Positions 1-10,503 of a stretch of 64,000 bases of DNA are shown one piece after another; positions within the stretch are counted from its first letter, which is position 1, and the number at the start of each line of letters is the position of its first letter. Origin of the DNA: an uncultured Hormoscilla sp. Its GTDB lineage: Bacteria; Cyanobacteriota; Cyanobacteriia; Cyanobacteriales; Desertifilaceae. Both the position numbers and the translations under genes were made by a program. The notes beneath the pieces are model-generated. The model saw nothing but the letters and a program-made list of their open reading frames with translations. It made no database searches and was not told the origin of the DNA. The DNA lies in NCBI GenBank assembly GCA_963921275.4, contig OZ001293.3:5728001-5792000 (forward strand). Direction: 5' to 3'.

Positions 1-19
1 ACGCCGGAACGAATCGCAC
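1..19 (-). mobile_element. 5' end of a group II intron running off the window edge
   Basis: Minus strand reads GTGCGATTCGTTC, the same 5' end as the introns starting at 5188, 40040 and 46098. Confidence 0.6.
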
Positions 20-80
20 AATCAAAATTTACGCCATACCGCTACACCTTGACAGGCGATGCCCAGCGGCACAAATTATT

Positions 81-482
81 TTAAGCACTTGCCGAACCTC
101 CATTAGGACTTTGGCGCATCAGATATTCCCATATCTGCGCGATCCGTGCTTGCGCGACATTAGTATTGCGAATCAAATTCTGCATAGATAGACCCAGAGC
201 ATCGACAGTACGAGCTGTATTATTGACATTGCGCGATAAATTATCTATAGAGGTCTCTCCGGCAGCGAGCAGCCGTTCTGTTTCTTCCGCAAAGCGATCG
301 ATGGCAGCGAGTCGCCGTTCCGTTTCCTCTGCAAAGCGATCGATGGCAGCGAGTCGCCGTTCCGTTTCCTCTGCAAAGCGATCCAGGCGAGCATCTATAC
401 GGGCGATCGCTTCTGCGTGTGCTTGCTGTATCTGAGCCGTCTGGGCGAGAATCTCTTCTATTTGATCAAGTCTGCTCGTCAT
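81..482 (-). CDS. Hypothetical coiled-coil protein with 14-aa repeats (tandem copy 1)
   Basis: 133-aa ORF with repeated IDRFAEETERRLAA; near-identical paralog 522 bp away. Confidence 0.7.
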   Translation of the reverse strand: MTSRLDQIEEILAQTAQIQQAHAEAIARIDARLDRFAEETERRLAAIDRFAEETERRLAAIDRFAEETERLLAAGETSIDNLSRNVNNTARTVDALGLSMQNLIRNTNVAQARIAQIWEYLMRQSPNGGSASA

Positions 483-608
483 CTGTTTTTTTCTTTTTGT
501 CAGTTATTTTGCCTTGTGAATGGCGGGTCTGGTGGGCGGTGCCCACCCTACTTTTGGGCGATCACGATCGCTTTTTTCCCTCGCCCCAACCCACCCTAAA
601 CCACAATT

Positions 609-1004
609 TTAAGCCGAACCGCCATTCGGACTTTGGCGCATCAGATATTCCCATATCTGCGAGATCCGCGCTTGCGCGACATCAGTATTGCGAATCAAAT
701 TCTGCATAGATAGACCCATAGCATCGACAGTACGAGCTGTATTATCGACATTGCGGGATAAATTATCTATAGAGGTCTCTCCGGCAGCGATGCGTCGTTC
801 CGTTTCTTCTGCAAAGCGATCGATGGCAGCGAGTCGCCGTTCCGTTTCCTCTGCAAAGCGATCGATAGCAGCGAGTCGCCGTTCCGTTTCCTCTGCAAAG
901 CGATCCAGGCGAGCATCTATACGGGCGATCCTTTCTGCGTGTGCTTGCTGTATCTGAGCCGTCTGGGCGAGAATCTCTTCTATTTGGTCAAGTCTGCTCG
1001 TCAT
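609..1004 (-). CDS. Hypothetical coiled-coil protein with 14-aa repeats (tandem copy 2)
   Basis: 131-aa ORF nearly identical to 81..482, including its upstream region. Confidence 0.7.
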   Translation of the reverse strand: MTSRLDQIEEILAQTAQIQQAHAERIARIDARLDRFAEETERRLAAIDRFAEETERRLAAIDRFAEETERRIAAGETSIDNLSRNVDNTARTVDAMGLSMQNLIRNTDVAQARISQIWEYLMRQSPNGGSA

Positions 1005-1082
1005 CTGTTTTTTTCTTTTTGTCAGTTATTTTGCCTTGTGAATGGCGGGTCTGGTGGGCACCGCCCACCCTACCTACTAACT

Positions 1083-1654
1083 TTAAGAAGCATACTGGTC
1101 TACAAAACCTTGCAGTCCGGAATTAAAACCTTGTCCCACTGCTTGGAATCTCCAGGAGCCATCTTTCTTATACAAACGACCAAATTCGATCGCCGCTTCC
1201 GTGGAGAAGTCCTCATCCAACTCGTACTTCGCTACCTCACTTTTGGTCTCCTCATCATAAATTCTGATGAAATAATTTCGCACTTGGCCAAAATTTTATT
1301 TCCTCTCCTCCGCCTCGTGAATAGTGACGATAAACACCATTTCTTGAATCGCCGGATCTACTTTATCCAACTCTACCTTAATCATCTCATCATCTCTTTC
1401 CTGGGCTCCCGTTCTTTCATCCCCATCGATTTTACCGCACCATCTGGAGATTGTAAATTGTTGTAAAACACAAAATACTTTTCGTCGGGAATTTTCCCAT
1501 TTGCCTCCAACATAAATACCGAAGCATCCAAGTCATAATCTGAACCCGTGTCAGTTTTATTCACCTCCCATCCCAGGCCAACAGTAGCTCGCTTCATCCC
1601 CGGCGCTTCTTTGGACAGATCGATCCTCTGACCTTTACTCATATTTATTGCCAT
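1083..1654 (-). pseudogene. TerD-family stress protein, disrupted
   Basis: Motifs GLGWE..YDLDASVF and W.FQAVGQGF. Frameshift near 1420 and an in-frame TAA where Q is expected in RK*NFGQV. Confidence 0.85.
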
Positions 1655-1731
1655 CTTGCTTTAATTCCTTCAATCAACAACTTCTCTTACTCTATCACAA
1701 TTCACATCACTTTTAATTATCTTCACCAAAC

Positions 1732-2259
1732 TTAACGAGTATCAACAATTTGCTTCTGATATTCTTGTTCGGTGATGATGTCGCGGGTACTCTCCAATCG
1801 GTCTAAAAATACTAGCCCATCCAGATGATCGTATTCATGTTGAAATATCCGGGCGACAAAGTCAGTTAACTCCAGGCGCTGCACCCGATCGTCCCTATTG
1901 GTATATTCTACCTCAATTGCTCGATATCTCGGCACCCAACCCCGAATCCCGGGAATGCTCAGACAGCCTTCCCAATCTTTGACTATTTCATCCCCATGGG
2001 CTATAATCCGAGGATTAATCATCGCCGTCGGTTCCATCTTCGGAGCGTTTAAGTAGCGGAGGGTCGGACGGGAGGCGACAATTAACAAGCGATAAGATTG
2101 CCCCACTTGCGGGGCGGCAATACCGACGCCATTGGATGCCGCCGCCGTGCCAATCAAGTCATCAATCAATTGTTGCACCGACTGTAGATTCTCAATTGGC
2201 CGGGCTTGCTGGCGCAGCACCCGATCGCCTAATTGGGCAATTGGCAATGTTTTACTCAT
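1732..2259 (-). CDS. def: Peptide deformylase
   Basis: GVGIAAPQ, EGCLS and QHEYDHLDG motifs; likely start MSKTLPIAQLG. Confidence 0.95.
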   Translation of the reverse strand: MSKTLPIAQLGDRVLRQQARPIENLQSVQQLIDDLIGTAAASNGVGIAAPQVGQSYRLLIVASRPTLRYLNAPKMEPTAMINPRIIAHGDEIVKDWEGCLSIPGIRGWVPRYRAIEVEYTNRDDRVQRLELTDFVARIFQHEYDHLDGLVFLDRLESTRDIITEQEYQKQIVDTR

Positions 2260-2544
2260 GATACTTCCTGGGCAATGGTCCCGGTTGCACAACAATCTTC
2301 AAAGTTTTTCCTTGACGGCGCACCGTCAGCAACAATCGATCTCCCACCGAACTTTTTTGGACTATTTGCTGGAGTTGGCCAGCGATCGCCTAATTGGGCA
2401 ATTGGCAATGTTTTACTCATGATACTTCCTGGGCAATGGTCCCGGTTGCACAACAATCTTCAAAGTTTTTCCTTGACGGCGCACCGTCAGCAACAATCGA
2501 TCTCCCACCGAACTTTTTTGGACTATTTGCTGGAGTTGGCCAGC
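2222..2544. repeat. 161-bp direct tandem duplication covering the def 5' end and protease 3' end
   Basis: 2222-2383 is repeated at 2383-2544; the junction forms GCGATCGC. Confidence 0.9.
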
Positions 2545-3703
2545 TTTGGTCACAGTTTTACCATCTATCTCTTGGACCACATCACCTTTTTTCAGTCCGG
2601 CGGCAGATGCTGAAGAGTTTGGGATTACTTCGGCAATTAAAACACCTCTCTTCTCTGCGATCTTCAACCCCAAGGACCGATCGATGCCTGAGGGGTTGCC
2701 TGCGTTGCATCCCGAAGGCATCGAAGGCCTTCAAGTTTTCGATCAACTCAGGGGTGATGGTGGCCATGCGGATACCCAAGAAAGGATGGGAGACCTGACC
2801 AGTAGCAATCAGTTGCTCGGCAATCCCCTGCACTTGGTTGATAGGAATGGCGAAACCTAAAACCTCGAGCACCTCCAATAATAGCAGTATTCATGCCAAT
2901 GACATCGCCTTGCTGATTTAACAGGGGCCCACCAGAATTACCAGGGTTGATTGCCGCATCAGTCTGAATGAACCCAACTCGCTTACCAGGAACGCCTACT
3001 TGAGAACTAGAACGACCAGTAGCACTGATAATTCCAGCAGTGACCGTATTGTCCAGCCCTAAAGGATTCCCGATCGCGATCGCCCATTGCCCAGGTTGGA
3101 GCTGCTCCGAATCCCCCACAGTCACCACCGGCAAATCCCCAGCCGAGATTTTGACCACCGCCACATCGGTGAGGCGAATGGCTGCGCCACGCTGCGCGAT
3201 CGGACCCCAGTACCTCACCGTCAAAGGAACGACCATCCTTGAGAGTCACTGTCACTTTCTTGGCACCATCTACCACATGGGCATTAGTGACAATCAGTCC
3301 ATCAACATTAATGATAAAGCCAGAACCAGTTCCTTGCTGTAGCTAGTTACCTCCGGGACCAAAAAACCGTCGGTCTCCCCGGCGAGGTGTATCTCCTGGA
3401 GGAGATACAGTCCGGTCAGCATCAATTCTCACCACCGCCGGGCCAACTTTGGCCACAGCAGCAGCAATAAAATTATAGTTAGCCCCAGCCATCCCCGGAC
3501 TAGACAAGGCGCGAGCAGCAGGATGTGGCAGTGCGCCAGCCATCAGCAGCCGATCGGCCACAAAGGTCACCCCTGCCCCAACCAGCAGCAGCACTAGGTA
3601 CTGCTTTACCCGCACCGTTATCAGCATCAGCCCTACACGGCTTCGCCTGCGCGAGAAATCGGCTTCGCACAGGGCCGTGAAAATGCTCGCCTGTTTTACT
3701 CAT
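2413..3703 (-). pseudogene. HtrA/DegP-family (HhoA-like) serine protease, disrupted
   Basis: [23 protein letters not shown] and PDZ segments split across frames; TAG at 3343; repeat insertions at 3177-3198 and ~2682-2723. Confidence 0.85.
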
Positions 3704-4228
3704 TTAGTCCTCCTTATCAGTCAAAGTAGTCCGCTATTACTATTCTGTACGACGAGAATCGATCGATTCTCCGCAGGATTAATTAGAATCTTGTCAACAC
3801 CCTCTCTCCTGATGGGGATGTAAAATTAACAATTGTGGAGGTGTCTGGAGTGGCAATTACCCTTGAAAGTCTCTGGTCTCAAGCTAAGGAGCGTTTACAG
3901 ATCGCACTGACTCGACCGACATTTGAGACTTGGATCGAGCCAGCGTCCGCAATGAAGATGACTTCTAATTGCCTAGTAATTTCCACCCCCAACTTTGCCC
4001 GCAATTGGCTACAGAAATATTATCTCAAAACCATTGCTGATGTGGTGCAGGAAATTTGGGGTCAGCCAGTGGAAATCCAGATTGTAGTCGCTGCGGACGA
4101 TGGCGCTGCGCCATCGCACCACCGGATCTGACGGGGATATCCTGTGGCCATTGCCGGCCACGACTAGGGAACCAGATCGGGGCACGCCAAACCAACCCAG
4201 ACCGACGAACTTAAACCCCAAGTATGTA

Positions 4229-6096
4229 GTGCGACTCGTTTCGGCCTAACCTGTACAAACACGGAAAAGCCGAGCCAAAATTGGACTGAATGTTTAGAAC
4301 CAAAACTAATCATAATCGGATGGGGTCGAGCCGGGAATCGCTTCCCGACCCTCCCTTGAGGAACCGGACTTGCGATTTTCACCGCATCCGGCTACTGGGT
4401 ACTAGGCCCTTTTCATAGGTAGACTTAATAGGAATTACTTCCGTTAGCCCTTGCCGCCTGTCTTTTCTTCCCTTTCCTGGTTTAGCGAGTGGTTGTTCTG
4501 ATAACCGTTAGTATCACCATTTTCAAGTCAGTTTTACCAGTTATCCATACCTTATCCTCCACTTGCGTTTCGGATTAGTTCCGTGGCTTTTTAGGATTAC
4601 TCATTCCAGCAGCTTCCTAGTATCACCGACCCACGTCAGCGCTGGCTACCCAGCATCATCTACATTACTGTAGATGTTATCCCAGGAATTACCCCGGGCA
4701 TTCGCTTCTTGGGCCATCCCTCCCCCCGTGGCTTGCGCTTAACATCTAACTTGTCCTGATGGACAGCACACGAGAGGTTACTTCGTTCCCTAACAACATT
4801 TCGCGATACCTTTAGGTCCACACTATACCCCGGGAGCTATTTGAGTACTATATTAGCCAGAGTCTAAAACTAATACTAGCTACCATTTCCTTTTTAGGCC
4901 AGCGCATATAGCCTTATTTCGCTGGTTCCTTATAACGAGGCTTGCACATGTTTGCCTGCTCTAACCTTGGATATCTTTCCTAGCGGCGTCACCGGCTTAG
5001 GCTGCCAGTTATCCTACATTTGAGTCCTCGCTTAGCACCACGATGATGTCGCTTCGTAGCACCGAGGACCGGTGTCACCCCCGTACCTGGGGGGAGGGGA
5101 ATTTAACCCCCATGCGGTCAGAGTTCCCGGCTAATGAAACCGGGCTAGCGTTCCGTGTTTGACCACGTTAGGCTAGAACGAATCGCACAGGCTCAATATG
5201 GTAACTCTGGTCATCATGGGGGTTAAATTCCCTCTCCCCAGGTGTGGGGGTGACACCGGTCCTTAGTGCTGCGGAGTGACATCACCGTGGTGCGGAGCAA
5301 GGACTTAAATGTAGGATAGCTGACAGCCCAAAGTCGGCAACTCCGCTAGGAAAGATGCTCATGGTTAGGAAAACGAATCTGTGAAAGCCTCGTTATGTGT
5401 AACCAGCGGAAGAAGGCTTACACGCTGGCCTAAAAAGGAAATGGTAGCTAGTGTTGGCTGTTGCATATGGCCAACATCACACTCAAAGTAGCTCCCGGGG
5501 TAAAGCAGGGACCTAAAAACATCGTGAAATGATACCAGGGAACGAAGTAACTCCACGTGTGCTGTCCATAACTACTCGACTATCGACCGGTGGTCAGGAG
5601 ATAGGGACCAGTTAGATGATAAGCGTAAGCCATGTGGAGAGAGATGGCCCAAGAAGCAAAGGACAGGGGTAACTCCTTGTATAAGTGGTGCAGGAATGTA
5701 CCGGCAGACGTGGGTCGGATATAGTTGGAAATCTTGGGTGGAAGTATCCCTAATACGTACCAAAAATCAGGAGAAATCCTAGATTGTAATATGGACTAAA
5801 ACTCTAGCCGGGTAAAACTTGAAAAGTCCCCTAATGACGAGACAGGGGCAATGTTAGCAAAGAGCGGTATAAGTGGTTTCCTGGATACCCCCCGCGAACC
5901 TTCCGGAGCTAGATACGAAACAGTCCTATCGACTACCATAAAGGGGAAAAACTGCATAAGAAGAGGGACAAAGGGAGCAATCCCCAGTAATCCTGCCAAT
6001 GACAAGGTCCAACTAACCAGTAGCCGTGTGCGATGAAAACCGCATGCACGGTTTGAAAGGGAGGGTTGGGAAGCGATTCCCAGCTCGACCCCTAAT
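4229..6096 (+). mobile_element. ORF-less group II intron in dnaA (outer; ~1.0 kb net of the nested element)
   Basis: Starts GTGCG; domain V AGCCGTGTGCGATGAAAACCGCATGCACGGTT at ~6022-6053; ends CGACCCCTAAT; precise removal restores the DnaA sequence at the junction; no RT ORF. Confidence 0.92.
4320..5188 (-). mobile_element. ORF-less group II intron nested antisense inside the dnaA intron
   Basis: Minus strand starts GTGCGATTCGTTC, has domain V AGCCGGATGCGGTGAAAATCGCAAGTCCGGTT and ends CGACCCCAT (3' end could be 2 nt further). Near-identical copy at 39171-40040. Confidence 0.92.
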
Positions 6097-7108
6097 TTCT
6101 CGCGATTTGTGGTCGGCTCTAACAATCGCATGGCCCATGCAGCAGCCCTGGCCGTGGCCGAGTCTCCCGGACGGGAGTTTAATCCTCTATTCCTCTGTGG
6201 TGGCGTCGGTTTGGGAAAAACGCACCTGATGCAGGCGATCAGTCACTATCGCTTAGAGATTGCACCTGAGTCTAAGTTATTTTACGTCTCGACGGAAAAA
6301 TTTACCAATGACCCTGATTACCGCCATCCGCAAGGACAGCATGCAAAGCTTCCGGAAACATTATCGGGCCGCCGATGTGCTGTTAGTAGACGATATGCAG
6401 TTCATTGAAGGCAAGGAATACACCCAGGAAGAGTTTTTCTATACCTTCAACACCTTGCACGAAGCTGGCAAGCAGGTTGTCTTGGCATCCGATCGCCCCC
6501 CGAACCAGATTCCGGGGTTACAGGAACGCCTCTGTTCTCGGTTTTCGATGGGATTAATCGCCGATATTCAGCCGCCAGATTTAGAAACTCGGATAGCTAT
6601 TCTGCAGAAAAAGGCAGAAGACGAAAATATTCCCCTGCCGCGAGATGTGGTAGAATACATTGCCAGTAACTACACTTCCAATATTCGCGAACTAGAGGGG
6701 GCATTGATTCGGGCAGCAACCTATATGTCTATTTCTGGTTTGGCCATGACAGTGGAGAATATTGCGCCAGTATTGAATCCCCCTGTTGCGAATGTGGAGG
6801 TGTCTGCGGAAGTGGTGATGGCAGCGGTGGCAGATGAGTTTAATCTGTCCATCGAAGATCTCAAGGGTAATTCCCGCCGCCGGGAAATCTCCCAGGCCCG
6901 TCAGGTTGCCATGTATTTGGTGCGTCAGAACACGGACCTCAGCTTGCCCAAGATTGGCGAGGAATTTGGCGGCAAGGACCACACGACTGTAATCTACAGC
7001 TGTGATAAAGTGGCTCAACTGCGGGATAAAGATCCCGATATGGCGAAGAGATTGCGGCAGTTGAGCGATCGGATCAACCTGATCGGCAAATCCCAAAGCC
7101 AATTTTGA

Positions 7109-7402
7109 ACGATCGCACCTGTGGAAAAATTCTGGTAACTGTGGAAAACTTGTGAAAAAATCTCATATCATTTATAAAAGCTACAAAAGAGCCGTTCGTA
7201 GTAAGCACTTTAGTGCTTCGGGGTTCGTAGTAAGCACTTTAGTGCTTCGGGGTCACGATGCATCATCTATATATGTAGCATTAATTTAGATAATTTAATA
7301 TAACTTCCCAGAATTTTTTCCACAATTTGCAGATTATCGAATTTTTAGTTTCCTGAGTGCTATTGGGCTTAAAATAGATGAGCCGAGCGCTAGCGAACGC
7401 CC
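7109..7402. promoter_or_regulatory. Putative oriC between dnaA and dnaN
   Basis: TTTTCCACA boxes at 7120-7128 and 7140-7148 (minus), 7316-7324 (plus), a 1-mismatch box at 7151-7159, and an AT-rich tract at ~7265-7305. Confidence 0.75.
7194..7251. repeat. Two tandem 29-bp REP-like palindromic units
   Basis: GTTCGTAGTAAGCACTTTAGTGCTTCGGG x2, each with an AAGCAC/GTGCTT hairpin. Confidence 0.8.
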
Positions 7403-8659
7403 ATGAAACTGGTCTGTAACCAAAGTGACCTGAGTACGAATCTATCGATCGTCTCCCGTGCGGTGCCCTCTCGCCCCACACAACCAATACTTGCCAAGGT
7501 GAGACTGCAAGCAGATGGTGCGAGTCAAGAAGTGAGCTTAACAGCGTTCGACCTCAGTCTAGGAATCTCAACTAGCTTTGATGCGCAGGTAGCAGAGTCG
7601 GGGGACATCGCCCTGCCTGCAAAATTGCTTTCGGACATCGTTTCCCGTCTGCCAGCAGGAGAGATATCCCTGGATCTGGAGACAGAAAAAGCAATAGTCT
7701 CCTTAACCCAAGCTTCCGGACGATATCAAGTCACGGGACAGGAGTCGGAAGAATTTCCGGAATTGCCAGTAGTAGAGGATGGGGAAGTTTTGACTCTGCC
7801 CACAGAAGCACTGAGATCCGGGTTGAACGGCTGTTTGTTTGCTGCGAGTACCGATGAAACCAAGCAAGTTCTCACGGGAGTACACTTGAAAATCTATGGT
7901 GATAGTCTGGAATTTGCGGCCACTGACGGACATCGTTTAGCTGTGGTCAAAACTGCTAATCAGCCGGCGGTGTCTGGAGCATGCTCTTGTCCTGAAGGAC
8001 GCGGCATGCTCCAGACACCGGAGTCGGAGTCGCAAGAGGAGTTGGAGTCGGAGTTGCAAGAGGAGTCGAAGCCGGAAGGGGACCAGCAGAGGACAGCAGA
8101 TGAAGCGTCTTTTGAGGTGACAGTACCCGCGAGAGCTTTACGGGAACTAGAGCGGATCGCGAACCAACAAAAGCAGGATAAGACAATTGCCCTGCATTTT
8201 GACCAGAAGCAAGTTGTGTTTGAGTTAAAAAACCAAAAACTGACTACGCGCACTCTGGAGGGGCAATATCCTCCCTATCAGCAGCTGATACCCAAGGAAT
8301 TCGAGCGACTGGCGACCGTGGATCGACGGCAACTAGTACAGGTCTTAGAGCGCATTGCCATTATCGCCGACCAGAAGAATCATCTGGTCAGGTTCAGCTT
8401 AGACAGGGACAGCCAGCAGCTGACTTTATCTGTGGAAACAGCTGATGTGGGCAGCGGGCAGGAGTCGATGGCAGCACGGATATCTGGAGAGAGCTTAGAG
8501 ATTGACTTTAATGTCAAGTATTTTTTGGAGGCAATCAAAGCTATGGGCTCCCAGGAACTGGAAATGCGGCTGAATGCAGACGATCAGCCCGTAATCCTCA
8601 CTCCCTTAGGAGGGATGCAGATGACCTGTTTGGTGATGCCAGTTAAAATTAGACCCTAA
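7403..8659 (+). CDS. dnaN: DNA polymerase III beta clamp
   Basis: ATDGHRL and LVMPV motifs, downstream of dnaA; in-frame palindrome at 7968-8020. Confidence 0.96.
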   Translation: MKLVCNQSDLSTNLSIVSRAVPSRPTQPILAKVRLQADGASQEVSLTAFDLSLGISTSFDAQVAESGDIALPAKLLSDIVSRLPAGEISLDLETEKAIVSLTQASGRYQVTGQESEEFPELPVVEDGEVLTLPTEALRSGLNGCLFAASTDETKQVLTGVHLKIYGDSLEFAATDGHRLAVVKTANQPAVSGACSCPEGRGMLQTPESESQEELESELQEESKPEGDQQRTADEASFEVTVPARALRELERIANQQKQDKTIALHFDQKQVVFELKNQKLTTRTLEGQYPPYQQLIPKEFERLATVDRRQLVQVLERIAIIADQKNHLVRFSLDRDSQQLTLSVETADVGSGQESMAARISGESLEIDFNVKYFLEAIKAMGSQELEMRLNADDQPVILTPLGGMQMTCLVMPVKIRP

Positions 8660-8702
8660 AGAAGGTATGATGAGTAGTTTTAGAGAGTTGAAGAGGAACT
8701 GA

Positions 8703-9437
8703 TTGACACCTGTGCGGAAAATAGTCATAGCTGGTAATTGGAAAATGTACAAAACCCAGGCAGAGGCCCTGGACTTTTGGCAGGTATTTATGCCTGAGCT
8801 GGATAAGACTCCGGCAGAACGGAATGTAGTACTCTGCGTGCCGTTTACGAACCTAGACCTGCTGTCGAAAAAAATCCAAGGTAGCCCGGTGCAGCTGGGG
8901 GCTCAGAATGTCCATTGGGAGTCTGAAGGCGCTTACACTGGGGAAATTTCTGCCTCGATGCTCAAAGAGATAGGGGTGCGCTATGTGATTATTGGTCACA
9001 GCGAACGGCGTCAGTATTTTGGGGAAACGGATGAAACTGTTAACCAGCGCCTGAAAGCAGCTCAGCAGTTCGGTCTGCTGCCCATTCTCTGTGTGGGTGA
9101 AACTAAGCAACAACCAGATGCTGAGGAAACGGAAACCCATATTTACTCCCAGTTGGATCGAGATCTGGTAGATGTAGATCAAAGTGCGTTGGTAATTGCC
9201 TACGAACCGATCTGGGCGATCGGGACTGGGGATACCTGTGAGGTATCGGAGGCTAACCGGGTGATTGGTTTAATTCGTTCTCGGTTGAGTAATCAGGATG
9301 TGCCGATTCAATACGGCGGCTCTGTCAAGCCTAACAATATCGATGCCATTATGGCTCAGCCAGAAATCGATGGTGTTTTGGTGGGAGGTGCTAGTCTGGA
9401 ACCTGGCAGTTTTGCCCGCATTGTCAATTATCAGTAG
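8703..9437 (+). CDS. tpiA: Triosephosphate isomerase
   Basis: [23 protein letters not shown] and YGGSV motifs. Confidence 0.97.
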   Translation: MTPVRKIVIAGNWKMYKTQAEALDFWQVFMPELDKTPAERNVVLCVPFTNLDLLSKKIQGSPVQLGAQNVHWESEGAYTGEISASMLKEIGVRYVIIGHSERRQYFGETDETVNQRLKAAQQFGLLPILCVGETKQQPDAEETETHIYSQLDRDLVDVDQSALVIAYEPIWAIGTGDTCEVSEANRVIGLIRSRLSNQDVPIQYGGSVKPNNIDAIMAQPEIDGVLVGGASLEPGSFARIVNYQ

Positions 9438-9508
9438 ATTGTCATGCAGTGCGAACCTCGTTCCCAGGCTAAAGCCTGGGAACGAGAAATGGTTCATAGA
9501 TCGAAACA

Positions 9509-10483
9509 ATGAACAATGAACCCATGATAATTAGAGGGAAATTGTTTGAGTGGGGGGCGCGCACCTATCTGATGGGCATTCTGAATGTGACGCCTGATAG
9601 TTTCAGTGATGGTGGCGAGTTCTCAAGCATTAAAGCTGCGGTTATCCAAGCAAGGCGTATGGTAGCAGCTGGAGCTGATATAATTGATATTGGCGGTCAA
9701 TCAACTCGACCGGGTAGCAGTCAAATTACTCTACAACAAGAACTCGATCGGGTGTTACCTGCGATCGCGGCAATTCGCGAATGGCCAGATGAATGGGCAG
9801 TGTCTGGAGCATGCCTTGGTGTCTGGAGCGTGCCGAGTCCTTCAGGACAAGAGCACGCGGAAGACGCCAAAGTCCTTCAGGACAAGAGCATGCGGAAGAC
9901 GCTGGCAGAGGTGCCCATTTCCATTGACACGACTAGGGCCGAAGTGGCCGATCGGGCGATCGCCCTTGGTGCGGACATAGTCAATGACATTTCTGGCGGT
10001 ACTTTCGATCCAGATATGTTTTCTGTCGTTGCTCAAAAACAGGTTCCCACGATCTTGATGCATATCCGAGGAACGCCCCAGACTATGCAAAAAATGACTG
10101 ACTATGAAGATTTGATTGGCGAGATTTATGGGTTTCTGGAAGGTAGGATCGATGCAGCTGTGGAGGCGGGGATTTCGCGATCGCGCCTGATCGTAGACCC
10201 TGGGATTGGTTTTGCCAAAACTGGAGCGCAAAACCTAGAAATTTTCCGGCAAATGTCCAGATTTCGGACTTTAGGCGTTCCCATTTTAGTGGGGCCGTCC
10301 CGGAAAAGTTTCATCGGTCATCTGCTCGATCGCCCCACCGATCCGAAAGGGCGAGTCTGGGGTACAGCGGCAGCTTGCGTGGGTGCGATCGCCGGTGGGG
10401 CAGACATCTTGCGGGTGCATGACGTTGCCGAAATGCGGGATGTCTGCCGGGTCGCCGATGCCATTTTTGAGGCTAATTGTTGA
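9509..10483 (+). CDS. folP: Dihydropteroate synthase
   Basis: GILNVTPDSFSDGG, DPGIGF, SRKSF and RVHDV motifs; in-frame repeat insertion at ~9800-9902. Confidence 0.95.
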   Translation: MNNEPMIIRGKLFEWGARTYLMGILNVTPDSFSDGGEFSSIKAAVIQARRMVAAGADIIDIGGQSTRPGSSQITLQQELDRVLPAIAAIREWPDEWAVSGACLGVWSVPSPSGQEHAEDAKVLQDKSMRKTLAEVPISIDTTRAEVADRAIALGADIVNDISGGTFDPDMFSVVAQKQVPTILMHIRGTPQTMQKMTDYEDLIGEIYGFLEGRIDAAVEAGISRSRLIVDPGIGFAKTGAQNLEIFRQMSRFRTLGVPILVGPSRKSFIGHLLDRPTDPKGRVWGTAAACVGAIAGGADILRVHDVAEMRDVCRVADAIFEANC

Positions 10484-10503
10484 TTGCTAATTGTTATCAA
10501 CCA

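Larger units (their letters stand above)
3835..7108 (+). pseudogene. dnaA: Replication initiator DnaA, split by nested group II introns (exon 1 to 4228, exon 2 from 6097) with two apparent frameshifts
   Basis: Joining 4228 to 6097 gives [22 protein letters not shown]. Walker [11 protein letters not shown] and C-terminal GGKDHTTV present. Frameshifts at ~4110-4140 and ~6312. Functional status uncertain. Confidence 0.9.

Noticed and set aside
5365..6131. Short ORFs inside the dnaA intron as a maturase
   Set aside because: No RT motifs such as YADD, and too short.
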